The position numbers and the translations under genes are program-made. The notes beneath the pieces are model-generated. The model worked only from the letters and a program-made list of their open reading frames with translations, was not told the origin of the DNA and made no database searches. Of a stretch of 64,000 nt of DNA, positions 1-10,741 are shown piece by piece (position 1 is the first letter of the stretch; the number at the start of each line of letters is the position of its first letter). The DNA comes from Thermodesulfobacteriota bacterium (lineage in GTDB: Bacteria; Desulfobacterota_D; UBA1144; Nemesobacterales; UBA2774): NCBI GenBank assembly GCA_965216785.1, contig OZ244197.1:1088001-1152000 (forward strand). The letters are read 5' to 3'.

Positions 1-1
1 A

Positions 2-1240
2 AATAAGATCGCCGCGCTTGAAAACGATCTTGCCATGGGGCTTAGCGCGTTCAGTATCAGGATAATCGCGCCTATACCCGGCAAGGACGTAATCGGCATA
101 GAGGTGCCGAACGCGAAAAGAGAGCTGGTTGTCCTGCGGGAGCTTATCGAAGACCCCAAGTTTACGCAAAGTAAGTCAAAAATGACAATCGCCCTGGGTA
201 AGGATATTTCCGGGCTCTCGTTTTACATGGACTTAAGAAAAGCGCCCCATCTTATGATAGCGGGTACCACGGGCTCGGGTAAGAGCGTGCTCTTAAACGC
301 TGTGATCACGAGCATGCTGTATAAGGCGAGTCCCTATGAGCTGAAATTTATTATGATAGATCCGAAGATGCTGGAGCTATCTGTATATGAGGATATACCA
401 CACCTGCTTCACCCTGTGGTTACGGAGCCCAAGAAAGCGGCAGCCGCGCTCAGGTGGGCTGTTGAGGAAATGGAAAACCGCTACAGGATTCTTTCCGAAG
501 AGGGTGTTCGTGATATAGAGACGCATAATAAAAATGTGGAGAAGATGGATGTGGAAGACAAGCTGGACAGAATTCTTCCTTACATAGTAATAGTGCTTGA
601 TGAGCTTGCGGACCTCATGATGATTGCTCCGAGCGAGATAAAGGAATCTATTACGAGGCTTTCCCAGAAGGCGCGCGCCGCGGGCATTCACCTGATAGTG
701 GCGACTCAGCGTCCTTCTGCGGACATTGTAGCGGGCTTAATCAAGGCTAACTTCCCTGCGAGAATCTCATTTCTTGTCTCATCCAAAATTGACTCCCGCA
801 TCATCCTCGACACCGGCGGGGCCGAAAGGCTGCTCGGCAAGGGGGATATGCTGTTCCTTGAGCCCGGGACATCAAAGCTCCTCAGGATTCAGGGGGCGCT
901 TATTTCAGATGAGGAAAGAGAAGGGATTACGGAGTTCGTAAAATCTCAGGGATCTCCTCAGTACAATGCGGAGATCACTCACATTGAAGAGAAAGAGGGG
1001 GGGAGTGATCTTGATGAGGATAAGGACGAGCTATACTACCAAGCTTTAAGAACTATTGCCGAGACCAGGCAGGCATCTATATCTATGATTCAGCGTAAGC
1101 TTAAGATAGGTTATAATAGAGCAGCAAGGATTGTTGAGGTAATGGAGAAAGAGGGAGTTGTAGGACCTCAGGAGGTCGCTGGTAAGCCAAGAGAGGTTTA
1201 TATAGACTTAAGTCAGATAGAAGAGAGGCCGGAAAGTTGA
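2..1240 (+). CDS. ftsK: DNA translocase FtsK, C-terminal motor and gamma domains (5' end outside window)
   Basis: Frame is open from position 2. PHLMIAGTTGSGKS Walker A, IDPKMLEL, DELADLM, ARAAGIHLIVATQRPS, and gamma-domain SISMIQRKLKIGYNRAAR. Confidence 0.97.
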   Translation, partial: NKIAALENDLAMGLSAFSIRIIAPIPGKDVIGIEVPNAKRELVVLRELIEDPKFTQSKSKMTIALGKDISGLSFYMDLRKAPHLMIAGTTGSGKSVLLNAVITSMLYKASPYELKFIMIDPKMLELSVYEDIPHLLHPVVTEPKKAAAALRWAVEEMENRYRILSEEGVRDIETHNKNVEKMDVEDKLDRILPYIVIVLDELADLMMIAPSEIKESITRLSQKARAAGIHLIVATQRPSADIVAGLIKANFPARISFLVSSKIDSRIILDTGGAERLLGKGDMLFLEPGTSKLLRIQGALISDEEREGITEFVKSQGSPQYNAEITHIEEKEGGSDLDEDKDELYYQALRTIAETRQASISMIQRKLKIGYNRAARIVEVMEKEGVVGPQEVAGKPREVYIDLSQIEERPES

Positions 1241-1914
1241 AAATTTTAACTTATATTACGATTGCAATTTTAATATCGTTTTCAAGCGTCCACTCCTCCG
1301 TTGCAGAGGAAATCGAAGCTGTGGTGGATAAGATCCAAAATAAATACGAGGAGATCACGGATTTCCATGCCAAGTTTACTCAGGAAGCCGCTGTGAAGGC
1401 GCTTGATAAGGTGCAGAAATCAGAGGGCGAAGTGTGGTTCAAGAAGCCCGGGAAAATGAGATGGAACTACTATACGCCAGAGAAAGATGAAATAGTCTCG
1501 GACGGTAGAACTTTATGGTTCTACGACGTTGCCGAGAAGCAGGTAATCGAGTCTCCGCTCGCTCAGGTCTCCGACACTCAAAATACCACTTCTCTTCTTT
1601 CAGGGCTCGGGAATATTAAAGAGGTCTTTAACGCGAGCTTTGCGGATGCGGCGGAGCTCAGCAGTAACGGCAACTATATGATAGAGCTAAAACCTAAAAG
1701 CGAAGAGGAGCAGTATAATAAGGCCATAGTAGCATTTGATCAAAACACTATGGTTATAAAATCTATATACCTCTACGACCCGTTTGGAAATTTAACCACT
1801 ATCTCCCTGACAGATATCAAGATTGACAACGGGGTTCAGGACTCACTTTTCAGCTTCACAGTTCCAAGCGGCGTTGAGGTAGTCAGGCCGCCTTCGTCCG
1901 TCAGCCCCCAGTAA
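1237..1914 (+). CDS. lolA: Outer-membrane lipoprotein carrier LolA
   Basis: Signal peptide; AKFTQ and KKPGKMRWNY..P..IVSDG.TLW motifs; canonical position after ftsK. Confidence 0.9.
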   Translation: MKILTYITIAILISFSSVHSSVAEEIEAVVDKIQNKYEEITDFHAKFTQEAAVKALDKVQKSEGEVWFKKPGKMRWNYYTPEKDEIVSDGRTLWFYDVAEKQVIESPLAQVSDTQNTTSLLSGLGNIKEVFNASFADAAELSSNGNYMIELKPKSEEEQYNKAIVAFDQNTMVIKSIYLYDPFGNLTTISLTDIKIDNGVQDSLFSFTVPSGVEVVRPPSSVSPQ

Positions 1915-1954
1915 AGTACAAGATGTCCGCAGCAATACAAGGAGGGAAGTCTCA

Positions 1955-2287
1955 ATGAAATATTTCTCTTTAAGCTTAATATCAATATTGCTGGTTTCAG
2001 TAGTAATTCTTGATATTTGTTATGCAAATCCCGAGAATAGCTTTACAGAGACCGAGCTTCAGGAGCGCTTCGCAAGCTCAGTACAGTCTATGCCGGAGGT
2101 AATTCAGGCCTCCTGGCAGTCTAAGCTCGATCTATGGGTATACGCGGACGGCGTAAGTAAAGAAGGCGCGCAGGAGCTTGCCCAAAAGGTCGTAATGCTT
2201 TCTCAAACAGAGTACGGGCAGGGACTCTGCGTGCATGTTCATAACGGGAACTACGAGCCCATTGCCAATAAATGCTCATCCCCTTGA
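1955..2287 (+). CDS. Small secreted hypothetical protein
   Basis: GGAGG RBS, N-terminal hydrophobic signal, two C-terminal Cys. Confidence 0.65.
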   Translation: MKYFSLSLISILLVSVVILDICYANPENSFTETELQERFASSVQSMPEVIQASWQSKLDLWVYADGVSKEGAQELAQKVVMLSQTEYGQGLCVHVHNGNYEPIANKCSSP

Positions 2288-2404
2288 ACGTGACTTCCCC
2301 TCAAACTTTCCAACTAGTCAGAAATACTGTAGATATAAGTTTTAAGTGATATTTAAACTGCGGATATATAAAGCTATGTTTTTGAATGTGGATGAAGGTT
2401 TTGG

Positions 2405-3634
2405 CTACCTGTCTATCTCGCCGAGAACGATGTCGAGGCTTCCGATAGCGGCAATCACGTCCGCTACCAGGCTTCCCTGAACCATCTGCGACAGAGCCTG
2501 CATGTTTACGAATGAAGGCCCCCGCACGCGCATCCTGTAGGGTTTTCCGGTGCCGTCACTGACCAGATAGTAGGAAAGCTCACCTTTAGGGTTTTCGACC
2601 GCGTGCTGCACCTCACCCGCAGGGGGTTTGAATCCCTCGTATACAATAACGAAGTGCCTGATCAAAGACTCCATTTTTGTATAGGTAAGCTCTTTTTCCG
2701 GGAGCACTATGTCGGGAAGATCGGCAATATAGGGGCCGTCGGGAAGGTTTGCTAAGGCCTGTTCGATTATCTTAAGGCTCTGGTGCATTTCCTCGAGTCT
2801 GCAGAGGTAACGAGCGTATGCGTCCCCTTCGTTTGCCACTGGTACCTCGAAGTCGTAGTTCTCATACCCAAGATACGGCATCGCCTTCCTTACGTCATAG
2901 GGAACGCCGCTTCCTCTGAGCGCGGGTCCTGTGAGTCCGAGACTTACCGCGTCTTCAGCGCTAATAACAGCGACATCCCTGGTGCGCTCTATCCATATCT
3001 TGTTCCTCGTCAGAAGCTTGTCCACCTCTGTTAAAGTCTCGGGGAATACTTTGAGGAAATTTCCGACTACTTCTTCAAAATTTTCCGGCAGGTCGAGCGG
3101 CAGCCCTCCTACCCTGGGATAAGAAGTCGTAAGCCTCGCTCCGCATACGGTTTCCAGTATGTCGTAAATCCTCTCTCTTTCTTTAAAACAGTAGAGAAAA
3201 GCGCTCATAGCGCCGAGGTCAAGAGCGTTTGTACCTATTCCTACTAGGTGTGATTCAATGCGCCCGAGCTCAAACAGTATTACTTCAGCGAATTTCGCGC
3301 GCTCGGGGATTTCGTCCTCTATACCAAGTAGCTTCTCAACGCTCAGAATGTATCCGATGTTATTGCAAATAGAGGCCAGGTAATCCATCCTGTCGGTATA
3401 GGGGATGCACTGCTGGTACGTAATGTGCTCACAAAGCTTCTCAATGCCCCGGTGGAGGTACCCGATGTAGGGCACTGCTTTTACCACCACCTCGCCGTCC
3501 AGATGAAGCACGACCCTGAGCACGCCGTGTGTAGCCGGGTGCTGCGGGCCCATGTTGAGCATCATGGTCTCCGTGCGCTCGCCTGTTTCAGGATTATGGG
3601 TTGCTTCAGCGGATATAAATTCGACTCTTTCCAT
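2405..3634 (-). CDS. nuoD: NADH-quinone oxidoreductase subunit D
   Basis: NMGPQHPATHGVLR, GYLHRGIEK, C-terminal DIVLGEIDR. Confidence 0.97.
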   Translation of the reverse strand: MERVEFISAEATHNPETGERTETMMLNMGPQHPATHGVLRVVLHLDGEVVVKAVPYIGYLHRGIEKLCEHITYQQCIPYTDRMDYLASICNNIGYILSVEKLLGIEDEIPERAKFAEVILFELGRIESHLVGIGTNALDLGAMSAFLYCFKERERIYDILETVCGARLTTSYPRVGGLPLDLPENFEEVVGNFLKVFPETLTEVDKLLTRNKIWIERTRDVAVISAEDAVSLGLTGPALRGSGVPYDVRKAMPYLGYENYDFEVPVANEGDAYARYLCRLEEMHQSLKIIEQALANLPDGPYIADLPDIVLPEKELTYTKMESLIRHFVIVYEGFKPPAGEVQHAVENPKGELSYYLVSDGTGKPYRMRVRGPSFVNMQALSQMVQGSLVADVIAAIGSLDIVLGEIDR

Positions 3635-4155
3635 TACTCAGGTCCCTGCTCAAGCTCTTTTTTAAATGATTCTTTTGAAGCCTCACGGTCCCTTACATCG
3701 AAGTCTTTTCTTAAAGGATAGGGGCCGTAGTCCTCCGGCATGAGGATCCTTCTTAGATCGGGGTGACCTCTAAACTCGATCCCGAACATATCGTATACCT
3801 CTCTCTCAAGCCAGTCGGCTCCGCTCCAGATTGGCGTCAGTGATTGTATACTCAAGTCTTTTTCTGAAACCTCGGTCTTAATTCTGATACGAACGTTTTC
3901 CTCGCAGTCCGCTCCGAACCGGTGAATGTGGTAGACGACTTCGTAGCGGGGGGATTTAACCTCCAGATAGTCAACCGCGGTGAGATCTGCCAGGAAAGTG
4001 AATTCTAACTTGTCTTTAAGGAAACTGAATATACTACGCAGCTTATCTTTAGAAATAAGTATGGTCGTTTCCCCGCGGTACTCCTTTACGTCGAGAATGC
4101 TTTGGGGAAATTCGCTGTTTAGAGCATCAAGCGCCTGGGCAAAATCAAAACTCAT
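3634..4155 (-). CDS. nuoC: NADH-quinone oxidoreductase subunit C
   Basis: [24 protein letters not shown]...YPLRKDF. Confidence 0.96.
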   Translation of the reverse strand: MSFDFAQALDALNSEFPQSILDVKEYRGETTILISKDKLRSIFSFLKDKLEFTFLADLTAVDYLEVKSPRYEVVYHIHRFGADCEENVRIRIKTEVSEKDLSIQSLTPIWSGADWLEREVYDMFGIEFRGHPDLRRILMPEDYGPYPLRKDFDVRDREASKESFKKELEQGPE

Positions 4156-4637
4156 AAAATCGGGGCCCCTTCCATTTCTATCTTCTTCTGGATTTTCATA
4201 ACGGCGTCAATGACAGCTTCTGGTCTGGGGGGGCATCCGCCTACGTACACGTCGACCGGAAGGAATTCGTCAATTCCCTGCACTACTGCGTAGCTGTCAA
4301 ATGGGCCACCTCCGCATGTGCAAGAGCCCATTGCGATTACCCACTTGGGCTCGGGCATCTGATCGTAGATTCGTCTGCAAACTGAGGCCATTTTGTATGT
4401 AATAGTGCCTGATACTAACATGAGGTCTGCCTGCCTCGGTGAGAACCTGGCTACTTCAGCGCCGAAGCGGGACAAATCGTAGCGAGACGCGAATACAGCC
4501 ATCATTTCGATTGCGCAGCATGCCGTACCGAAAGGCATTGGCCAGAGGCTGTTTTTCCTTCCCCAGTTGGCCAAAGATTCTACTGTTGTAGTAATAAACC
4601 CGTCTCCGCCTAGCGAAGGGCTTGAATTTACTCCCAT
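4152..4637 (-). CDS. nuoB: NADH-quinone oxidoreductase subunit B
   Basis: [22 protein letters not shown]. Confidence 0.97.
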   Translation of the reverse strand: MGVNSSPSLGGDGFITTTVESLANWGRKNSLWPMPFGTACCAIEMMAVFASRYDLSRFGAEVARFSPRQADLMLVSGTITYKMASVCRRIYDQMPEPKWVIAMGSCTCGGGPFDSYAVVQGIDEFLPVDVYVGGCPPRPEAVIDAVMKIQKKIEMEGAPIL

Positions 4638-4984
4638 TCGAGCGCTCCCTTTTTAACTACGTAAAAGTATCCGCCCAATATAACTATTAAAAATACTATG
4701 ATTTCTATAAAAGCCAGCATCCCGAGATCTTTAAATACAACGGCCCAGGCAAATAGGAACACAGCTTCGACATCAAAAAGGATGAAGAGAGCCCCCACCA
4801 GATAGTAATTTATAGAGAACTTTCCTCTGGTGTCTCCTGTGGGCGGTATACCCGACTCATAGGGCGAAAGCTTGCCCTTTGCCCTGCGTTTTGGTCCCAA
4901 TACAGAGGACAATCCGAGCATTGCCGCTGCAAGTCCGATGGATAGAATTAATATGAGTAAAATCGGGATATATTGATTGAGCAC
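4628..4984 (-). CDS. nuoA: NADH-quinone oxidoreductase subunit A
   Basis: PYESG, FILFDVE, three TM helices, KKGALEW. Confidence 0.95.
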   Translation of the reverse strand: MLNQYIPILLILILSIGLAAAMLGLSSVLGPKRRAKGKLSPYESGIPPTGDTRGKFSINYYLVGALFILFDVEAVFLFAWAVVFKDLGMLAFIEIIVFLIVILGGYFYVVKKGALEWE

Positions 4985-4990
4985 AGCATT

Positions 4991-5018
4991 ATGTTAAGTG
5001 CTCTGAATAAATTGTCAA
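4991..5018 (-). promoter_or_regulatory. Sigma-70-type promoter for nuoABCD, probably leaderless
   Basis: Minus strand TTGACA (5018-5013), 16-bp spacer, TAACAT (4996-4991); GTG start 6 nt after the -10; no SD. Confidence 0.55.
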
Positions 5019-5123
5019 GATCGTCTAAATAAGCACAGCCGCGCCCGCATTGTATCTTGAAACAAGAGTGCTTTTCGTAATCTATGTGTTAGAATTTAGC
5101 TAAAATTTCTGAGGAGGCGCAAA

Positions 5124-5945
5124 ATGCTTAGAACTACTATGGCATTAATATTGGCGGTATTTTTCGCGGCAAATTCATACGGGGATGTGATGTTTGATAT
5201 GGACCAGAAAGACCCTGGCAATGAGAACACAGGAAGGTCCGAAGGCAAAGTAAAGGGTAAAAACATTAGACTCGATTATTATGAGAAAGGGGACGTAATT
5301 GACGGCTCAATGGTTTTCAGGGGCGATCAGGACAAGATGATAATGATTAACCATGAGGAAAAGACCTATATAGTGCTCGATGAGGCTGCAATGGAGGCAC
5401 TGGGAACCAGAATGGATCAGGTAATGAATGAGATGGAAGAGGCTCTTAAAGACGTGCCTCCGGAAAAAAGGGATATGGTCAGGAAGATGATGAAGGAGAG
5501 AATGCCCGGGATGGCTGGGGACGAAGAGGAAGAGCCGCAGATAAAGAAAGTAGGCAGCGGCAAAGTAGGCACATATGACTGCACAAAGTACGATGTTTAT
5601 AAGGGTGAGGTAAAGATTATGCAGCACTGCGTTGCGCCTTGGTCCAAGATTAAGGGAGGGGATGAAATGAAAAGCGCGATGCTCGCTATGGGGGATTTTA
5701 TGGACCAAATGGCGGAGAAGTTCTCCAGCTCCAGCAGTTTCGCGGGACCCGGGGTTCAGAGTGAAAGGAATATGTTCAAGCAGCTCCGTAAGCTCGATGG
5801 TTTCCCGGTACAGACCATCATGTATCAGCAAGATGAGGTGATCGGGGAATCAAGTCTGGTTTCATCAAAAGAGGAAACGGTGGATCCGGATGCATTCGAG
5901 CCGCCTGCGGGATACAGCCTCCAGACTTTTGATATGGGACAATAG
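5124..5945 (+). CDS. Secreted DUF4412-like protein
   Basis: GAGGAGG RBS, signal peptide, G..KVG.YDC..Y motif, GFPV, C-terminal FEPPAGY. Confidence 0.65.
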   Translation: MLRTTMALILAVFFAANSYGDVMFDMDQKDPGNENTGRSEGKVKGKNIRLDYYEKGDVIDGSMVFRGDQDKMIMINHEEKTYIVLDEAAMEALGTRMDQVMNEMEEALKDVPPEKRDMVRKMMKERMPGMAGDEEEEPQIKKVGSGKVGTYDCTKYDVYKGEVKIMQHCVAPWSKIKGGDEMKSAMLAMGDFMDQMAEKFSSSSSFAGPGVQSERNMFKQLRKLDGFPVQTIMYQQDEVIGESSLVSSKEETVDPDAFEPPAGYSLQTFDMGQ

Positions 5946-5980
5946 TTATATTCTGTAAAGGGGATACAAGGAGAGAAAGA

Positions 5981-6343
5981 ATGTACGGAATTGGAAAATA
6001 TGTGTTTGTGCTTATTTTAATATCGTTTTCGGTTTTGCCCCTGGACAGCGCTTTTGCCGGAAAATCCACCTGTGATTTTCATCACACGGAATGTTTTACA
6101 GAGGAAGGTTATATCGCATGCCTTAAAAGGGTGGATATTGAGAAGTACTATGAGTTTCTTGACAAAGGTGAAGCTGAGCTCGCAAAGCAGCTTAGGGACG
6201 ACCCTAAGCTCTGTAAGGTGCTGAGAGCAAATAAAAAAGCGTTTATGGTCGACAAGAGCGCAGGTTTTGTGAAATTCGGCATCAGGGGAGAAAATGTTAC
6301 CTATTGGGCGAAAAGAGAGGCGCTCTTTACAAGGTCCAGGTAG
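5981..6343 (+). CDS. Secreted Cys-containing hypothetical protein
   Basis: AGGAG RBS, signal peptide ending AFA, four Cys. Confidence 0.6.
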   Translation: MYGIGKYVFVLILISFSVLPLDSAFAGKSTCDFHHTECFTEEGYIACLKRVDIEKYYEFLDKGEAELAKQLRDDPKLCKVLRANKKAFMVDKSAGFVKFGIRGENVTYWAKREALFTRSR

Positions 6344-6439
6344 CATTAGTTTCAGGTTTAATGAGATATATATTCTCCTATTTGACGCATCCCCGCTTGG
6401 TTTAAATTTATCATTGATTATGGGAGCAGGTGACACGAA

Positions 6440-7162
6440 TTGAGGGTTAGACTGAATAGATACCTGTCTCAGTGCGGAGCGGCATCGAGGCGGAAAGCGG
6501 ACGAGCTGATAAAGAGCGGGCAAGTGAGTGTTAACGGAGAAAAGCTCAATGAGCTCGGCGTCACAATCGATACGGAAAAAGATACGGTCGAGCTTGAGGG
6601 CAGGGTTATAAAGCCTGAAAGAAAGAGGTACTTGATCCTCAACAAGCCAAAGCTCTTTATTACGGCACTTGGGGAAGGGGATGACGATAAAAACACTATA
6701 CAGGAGCTGATAGAAGATATACCCGAGAGGGTTTATCCGGTGGGGCGGCTCGATTATGATGTGGAAGGGCTTTTGATATTGACTAACGACGGTGAGCTTG
6801 CAAACAGGATTCACCATCCCCGATATGAGCTTTCAAAACTATATCGTGCTGTCGTAAAGGGGAAAATCACAACAGAGAAAACGCTCAGAATGAGTGAGGG
6901 TACAGAGCTTGAGGACGGTTTCGTGAAACCGGATTCAATTAAGATTATAAAGAGTGAGAGCGAATTGAGCACGGTGGAAATCGCTTTTCACGAGGGCAGG
7001 AACCACCTGGTCAAGAGGTTTTTTGAAGAGTTCGGGCACGCTGTGCAAAAGCTTCAGAGGATATCCGTAGGGCCGATAAGCCTGGGCGGGCTTCAAAGGG
7101 GGAAGTGGAGAGAGCTTAAAGCTCACGAGTTAGCGAGGCTAAATCAGGCGCTGGGGCTATAA
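6440..7162 (+). CDS. rluB: rRNA pseudouridine synthase, RluB/RsuA family
   Basis: S4 domain (RLNRYL..SRRKADELI..G.V.VNG), LNKP, VGRLD catalytic motif, EGRN. Confidence 0.88.
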   Translation: MRVRLNRYLSQCGAASRRKADELIKSGQVSVNGEKLNELGVTIDTEKDTVELEGRVIKPERKRYLILNKPKLFITALGEGDDDKNTIQELIEDIPERVYPVGRLDYDVEGLLILTNDGELANRIHHPRYELSKLYRAVVKGKITTEKTLRMSEGTELEDGFVKPDSIKIIKSESELSTVEIAFHEGRNHLVKRFFEEFGHAVQKLQRISVGPISLGGLQRGKWRELKAHELARLNQALGL

Positions 7163-7278
7163 TCCCGGACATTTCTCGCGCAATTTTCTAATGGGGCTTG
7201 TCGGGACCCGCTCTTGAGTCCGCACCCTTCACACGGTATCATAACCGCTCATAATCCAGAGGCCGGGAATTTCTTGAT

Positions 7279-7890
7279 ATGTTTATTACATTTGAAGGTA
7301 TAGAAGGGTGCGGTAAGAGCACACAGGCAAAGCTGCTTCACGAATTTCTTGAAGCGCAAGGGCACGATGCCGTATTGACCAGAGAACCCGGATGGGGACC
7401 CCTGGGAGAGCTGATAAGGACCCTGATTCTGGACGAAAGAAAGCTCGAGCTGGACCCTGTTTCAGAGCTTTGCCTCTTTTGCGCGGACAGGGCTCAGCAC
7501 GTAAAAGACTTTATACTACCCTCACTTAAGGACGGGAAGATAGTTATCTGTGACAGATATTATGATTCTACGGTTGTGTATCAGGGCTATGGTAGAAAGC
7601 TCGACATGGGCTTTGTTAATAAAGCCGCTATGGCCTCTACTTTGGGGACGGTTCCAGAGCTTACGTTTCTCCTGAACCTACCGGTAAGGAAAGGACTTTT
7701 GAGACTTAAGGGAAGAGAGGAAGTTACAAAAATGGACGAAGAGCCGCTTGAGTTTCACGAGTTGATACGGCAAGGCTATATGGTGCTTGCAAGACGCGAG
7801 CCCGAGAGGATAATTAAAATAAACGCTGACCGCGGAGTAGAGGACATTCACGGGGATATTAAAACTATAGTGCTCTCCGGCCTCAGCTAG
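7279..7890 (+). CDS. tmk: Thymidylate kinase
   Basis: FITFEGIEGCGKST, TREPG, ICDRYYDS..YQG. Confidence 0.96.
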   Translation: MFITFEGIEGCGKSTQAKLLHEFLEAQGHDAVLTREPGWGPLGELIRTLILDERKLELDPVSELCLFCADRAQHVKDFILPSLKDGKIVICDRYYDSTVVYQGYGRKLDMGFVNKAAMASTLGTVPELTFLLNLPVRKGLLRLKGREEVTKMDEEPLEFHELIRQGYMVLARREPERIIKINADRGVEDIHGDIKTIVLSGLS

Positions 7891-7923
7891 CTAGTAAAAA
7901 AACGGTCATGCTTAATAAAATCC

Positions 7924-8940
7924 ATGTTTAAAAACATTATTGGCCACGATTTTCAAAAAAGCTTGCTTCAGAGGGCCGCTAAAGAGGGGATGGTATCGCA
8001 CGCGTATCTATTCTCGGGACCTGATGGAGTGGGTAAGAAATTGGTCGCGTTAGAATTTGCAAAGCTGCTTAATTGTACCTCTGACAAAGTGGATGCGGTG
8101 ACTGAGGAATGTGAGTGTGGCTCTTGCAGGAAGGTGGAAAGGGGTATACACCCGGACGTTGTGTTGGTTGAGTATGAGGGCGTTAACGACATCAAGGTAG
8201 ATCAGATACGTGAGGGGATTGAAGATAAACTTTTCTTAAAGCCATTTGAAGGCGCTTTTAAAGTCGTTATTGTAGACGAATCCGAGAGAATGAACCGGAG
8301 CGCGCAGAACGCGTTTTTAAAAACCCTCGAGGAGCCGCCTCCTAACTCTGTTATCATTCTTCTTACTTCGAGGGCTACAGCGCTACTGCCCACAATCCGC
8401 TCGAGATGCCAGATAGTCAGTTTCAGCCCACTTCCCTTAGAGAAAATAGCCGCGATATTGGAAAAAGAATCAGAGCTCTCCGAGTCTGAGGTGGAATTAA
8501 CCTCGAGGCTTTCGGGAGGCAGTCCGGGATTAGCTCTTAAGTTCGATAAAGAATTAATAGATTGGAGAAAGGAACTGCTGTCAAGGATCGCGGAGCTTGA
8601 TTACCGCTCTGCGGCTGAGGTAATGGAGCTTGCGGATACGATGCCGACGGAGTCTACACCTGAGGATTCCCAGAAACTAAGGTTCGCAATTGAGTTTATC
8701 TCACTTTGGCTCCGTGATTTGATTCTGATAAAGATAGAGGCGGATAATAAATATCTCACTCATACGGATATTTTTGAGAAGAGCCAAGAGACTGCGAAGG
8801 GATTGAGCACGGATGATATATTAGAGAGGCAGTCGAGCCTTCAACACGCGTGGAACGATATTTTTTATGCCAACGCGAATAAGCGGCTATCTTTAGAGAA
8901 CTTATTCATCAAACTCGCAATGAACACCGGAGCAGGCTGA
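7924..8940 (+). CDS. holB: DNA polymerase III delta' subunit
   Basis: HAYLFSGPDGVGK, Cys zinc motif, HPD, NAFLKTLEEP, TIRSRCQ; follows tmk. Confidence 0.94.
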   Translation: MFKNIIGHDFQKSLLQRAAKEGMVSHAYLFSGPDGVGKKLVALEFAKLLNCTSDKVDAVTEECECGSCRKVERGIHPDVVLVEYEGVNDIKVDQIREGIEDKLFLKPFEGAFKVVIVDESERMNRSAQNAFLKTLEEPPPNSVIILLTSRATALLPTIRSRCQIVSFSPLPLEKIAAILEKESELSESEVELTSRLSGGSPGLALKFDKELIDWRKELLSRIAELDYRSAAEVMELADTMPTESTPEDSQKLRFAIEFISLWLRDLILIKIEADNKYLTHTDIFEKSQETAKGLSTDDILERQSSLQHAWNDIFYANANKRLSLENLFIKLAMNTGAG

Positions 8941-8992
8941 TTCTGATAAAGAGCTATGAATAAATGCCCGAGGACGGAGGACTAAAGAATTT

Positions 8993-10534
8993 ATGTCTGA
9001 TACATTTTACGTAACAACCCCTATTTACTATGTAAACGATGTACCGCACATTGGACACGCCTATACAACAATAGCGGCGGACGTTATAGCAAGATACAGA
9101 AGACAAAGGGGCGAGCGGGTGTTTTTTCTAACCGGTACGGACGAGCACGGTCAGAAGATCGAAAGGACCGCTGAAGCCGCGGGGGAGACGCCGATTGAGC
9201 TTGCGGACCGTGTGGTAAAGAGATTTGAGCAGCTCTCTCAGGCCCTGAATATAACAAACGACGATTTTATTAGAACCACGGAGAAACGTCACGAGACTGC
9301 GGTACAGGAAATATTTAAGAGGATAGAGGCGGCGGGGGATATTTACCTTAGCGAATACGAAGGATGGTATGACGTCAGGGAAGAGGCATTTATAACCGGA
9401 ACACAGCTCGAGGAGATATTGAGCCTTCCGGAATCGAAAAGACCTAAGATCGAGAAGGTAAAAGAAGAGAGCTACTTCTTCAGGCTATCAAAGTACCAAG
9501 AGCCTTTGCTTCGTCATTATGAGGAGCACCCCGAGTTTGTAAGGCCCGGGTACCGACTAAATGAGGTCGTTAGCTTCGTAGAAAGCGGGCTCAAAGATCT
9601 GAGCATAAGCCGGACCACGTTCAGCTGGGGTATTCCTGTGCCGGGAAACCCTAAGCACGTAATCTATGTGTGGTTCGATGCGCTTACTAACTATCTTACA
9701 GCTACAGGATTTCCGGGCGATACGCAGACATATAACGATATATGGCCCGCGGATATTCACCTGGTCGGAAAAGATATTCTCAGGTTTCATGCGGTTTTTT
9801 GGCCGGCGTTTCTTATGTCGGCTGGCCTCCCGCTCCCAAAAACCGTGTTTGCGCACGGGTGGTGGACGGTTGAAGGGGAGAAAATGTCTAAGTCAACGGG
9901 TAACGTGGTCGATCCGTTTCAGGTTGCAGATGAATTCGGCGCGGACGTATTCAGATATTTTCTACTGAGGGAAATCCCTTTTGGCCAGGACGGGGATTAT
10001 TCGCATGCAGCTATAATCTCACGTGTGAACGGGGACCTCGCAAACGCTCTCGGCAACCTCGTGAGCAGGACGCTCGGGATGATAGAGCGGTACTATGAGG
10101 GGAAGGTGCCCCCTCCGGGCTCGCTTGAGGAAGCGGACGAAAACATTAGAGACAGCGCTTTATCCGCAGTTTCGAAATTCGAGAATGCAATGAATGAAAC
10201 CGCATTTCATAAGGCTCTCGTTTCGGTCTGGGATTATCTTGCCATAGCGAATAAATACGTAGACGATCAGGCTCCCTGGGTCCTGGCTAAAGAGAAAAAT
10301 GGAGAGAGACTCGGGACTGTATTGTGGAGTATCGTACAATCAATCGGCGTAGTTACAATTCTCTTATACCCCTATATGCCCGAATCAACAGAGGAGCTGT
10401 GGCGTAGACTCGGAGCGTCTGAGCCTCTAAGTGCTGTAAATCTGTCTCATGCCCGCAGTTGGGGATTTATAGAAGAAGGCTCTAAAGTGGAGAAGGGAGA
10501 GAGTTTGTTTCCGAAATATGAGGAATCTAAATAG
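8993..10534 (+). CDS. metG: Methionyl-tRNA synthetase, short form
   Basis: TTPIYYVNDVPHIGH, GTDEHGQKI, YVWFDAL, KMSKS. Confidence 0.97.
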   Translation: MSDTFYVTTPIYYVNDVPHIGHAYTTIAADVIARYRRQRGERVFFLTGTDEHGQKIERTAEAAGETPIELADRVVKRFEQLSQALNITNDDFIRTTEKRHETAVQEIFKRIEAAGDIYLSEYEGWYDVREEAFITGTQLEEILSLPESKRPKIEKVKEESYFFRLSKYQEPLLRHYEEHPEFVRPGYRLNEVVSFVESGLKDLSISRTTFSWGIPVPGNPKHVIYVWFDALTNYLTATGFPGDTQTYNDIWPADIHLVGKDILRFHAVFWPAFLMSAGLPLPKTVFAHGWWTVEGEKMSKSTGNVVDPFQVADEFGADVFRYFLLREIPFGQDGDYSHAAIISRVNGDLANALGNLVSRTLGMIERYYEGKVPPPGSLEEADENIRDSALSAVSKFENAMNETAFHKALVSVWDYLAIANKYVDDQAPWVLAKEKNGERLGTVLWSIVQSIGVVTILLYPYMPESTEELWRRLGASEPLSAVNLSHARSWGFIEEGSKVEKGESLFPKYEESK

Positions 10535-10632
10535 CCCTAAGTTTTCTATTATCTCAAGCTTTTTATAGCGTTCTGTTTTGATGTACTTTCCAAATGTTAT
10601 ATATCCCCAAATTTAATGCGATATTACTAAAC

Positions 10633-10666
10633 CGCGCAATTTTTGTACATTTCGCGCAAATTTTGC
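10633..10666. promoter_or_regulatory. Tandem pseudo-palindromic enhancer sites for a sigma-54 activator
   Basis: CGCGCAATTTTTG at 10633 and CGCGCAAATTTTG at 10653 (20-bp period), about 80-110 bp upstream of a -24/-12 box. Confidence 0.6.
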
Positions 10667-10741
10667 ATGAAACGGCTGCTAACTGCTTCTTCTGAGTGCA
10701 GAATTGTTATTGATTACAGATAGTTATATCTAATGCCCTGA

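Noticed and set aside
6017-6817. 266-aa minus-strand ORF, and similar antisense ORFs (5307-5831, 33091-33663, 59127-59786)
   Set aside because: Shadows of well-supported genes on the opposite strand, with no recognisable motifs
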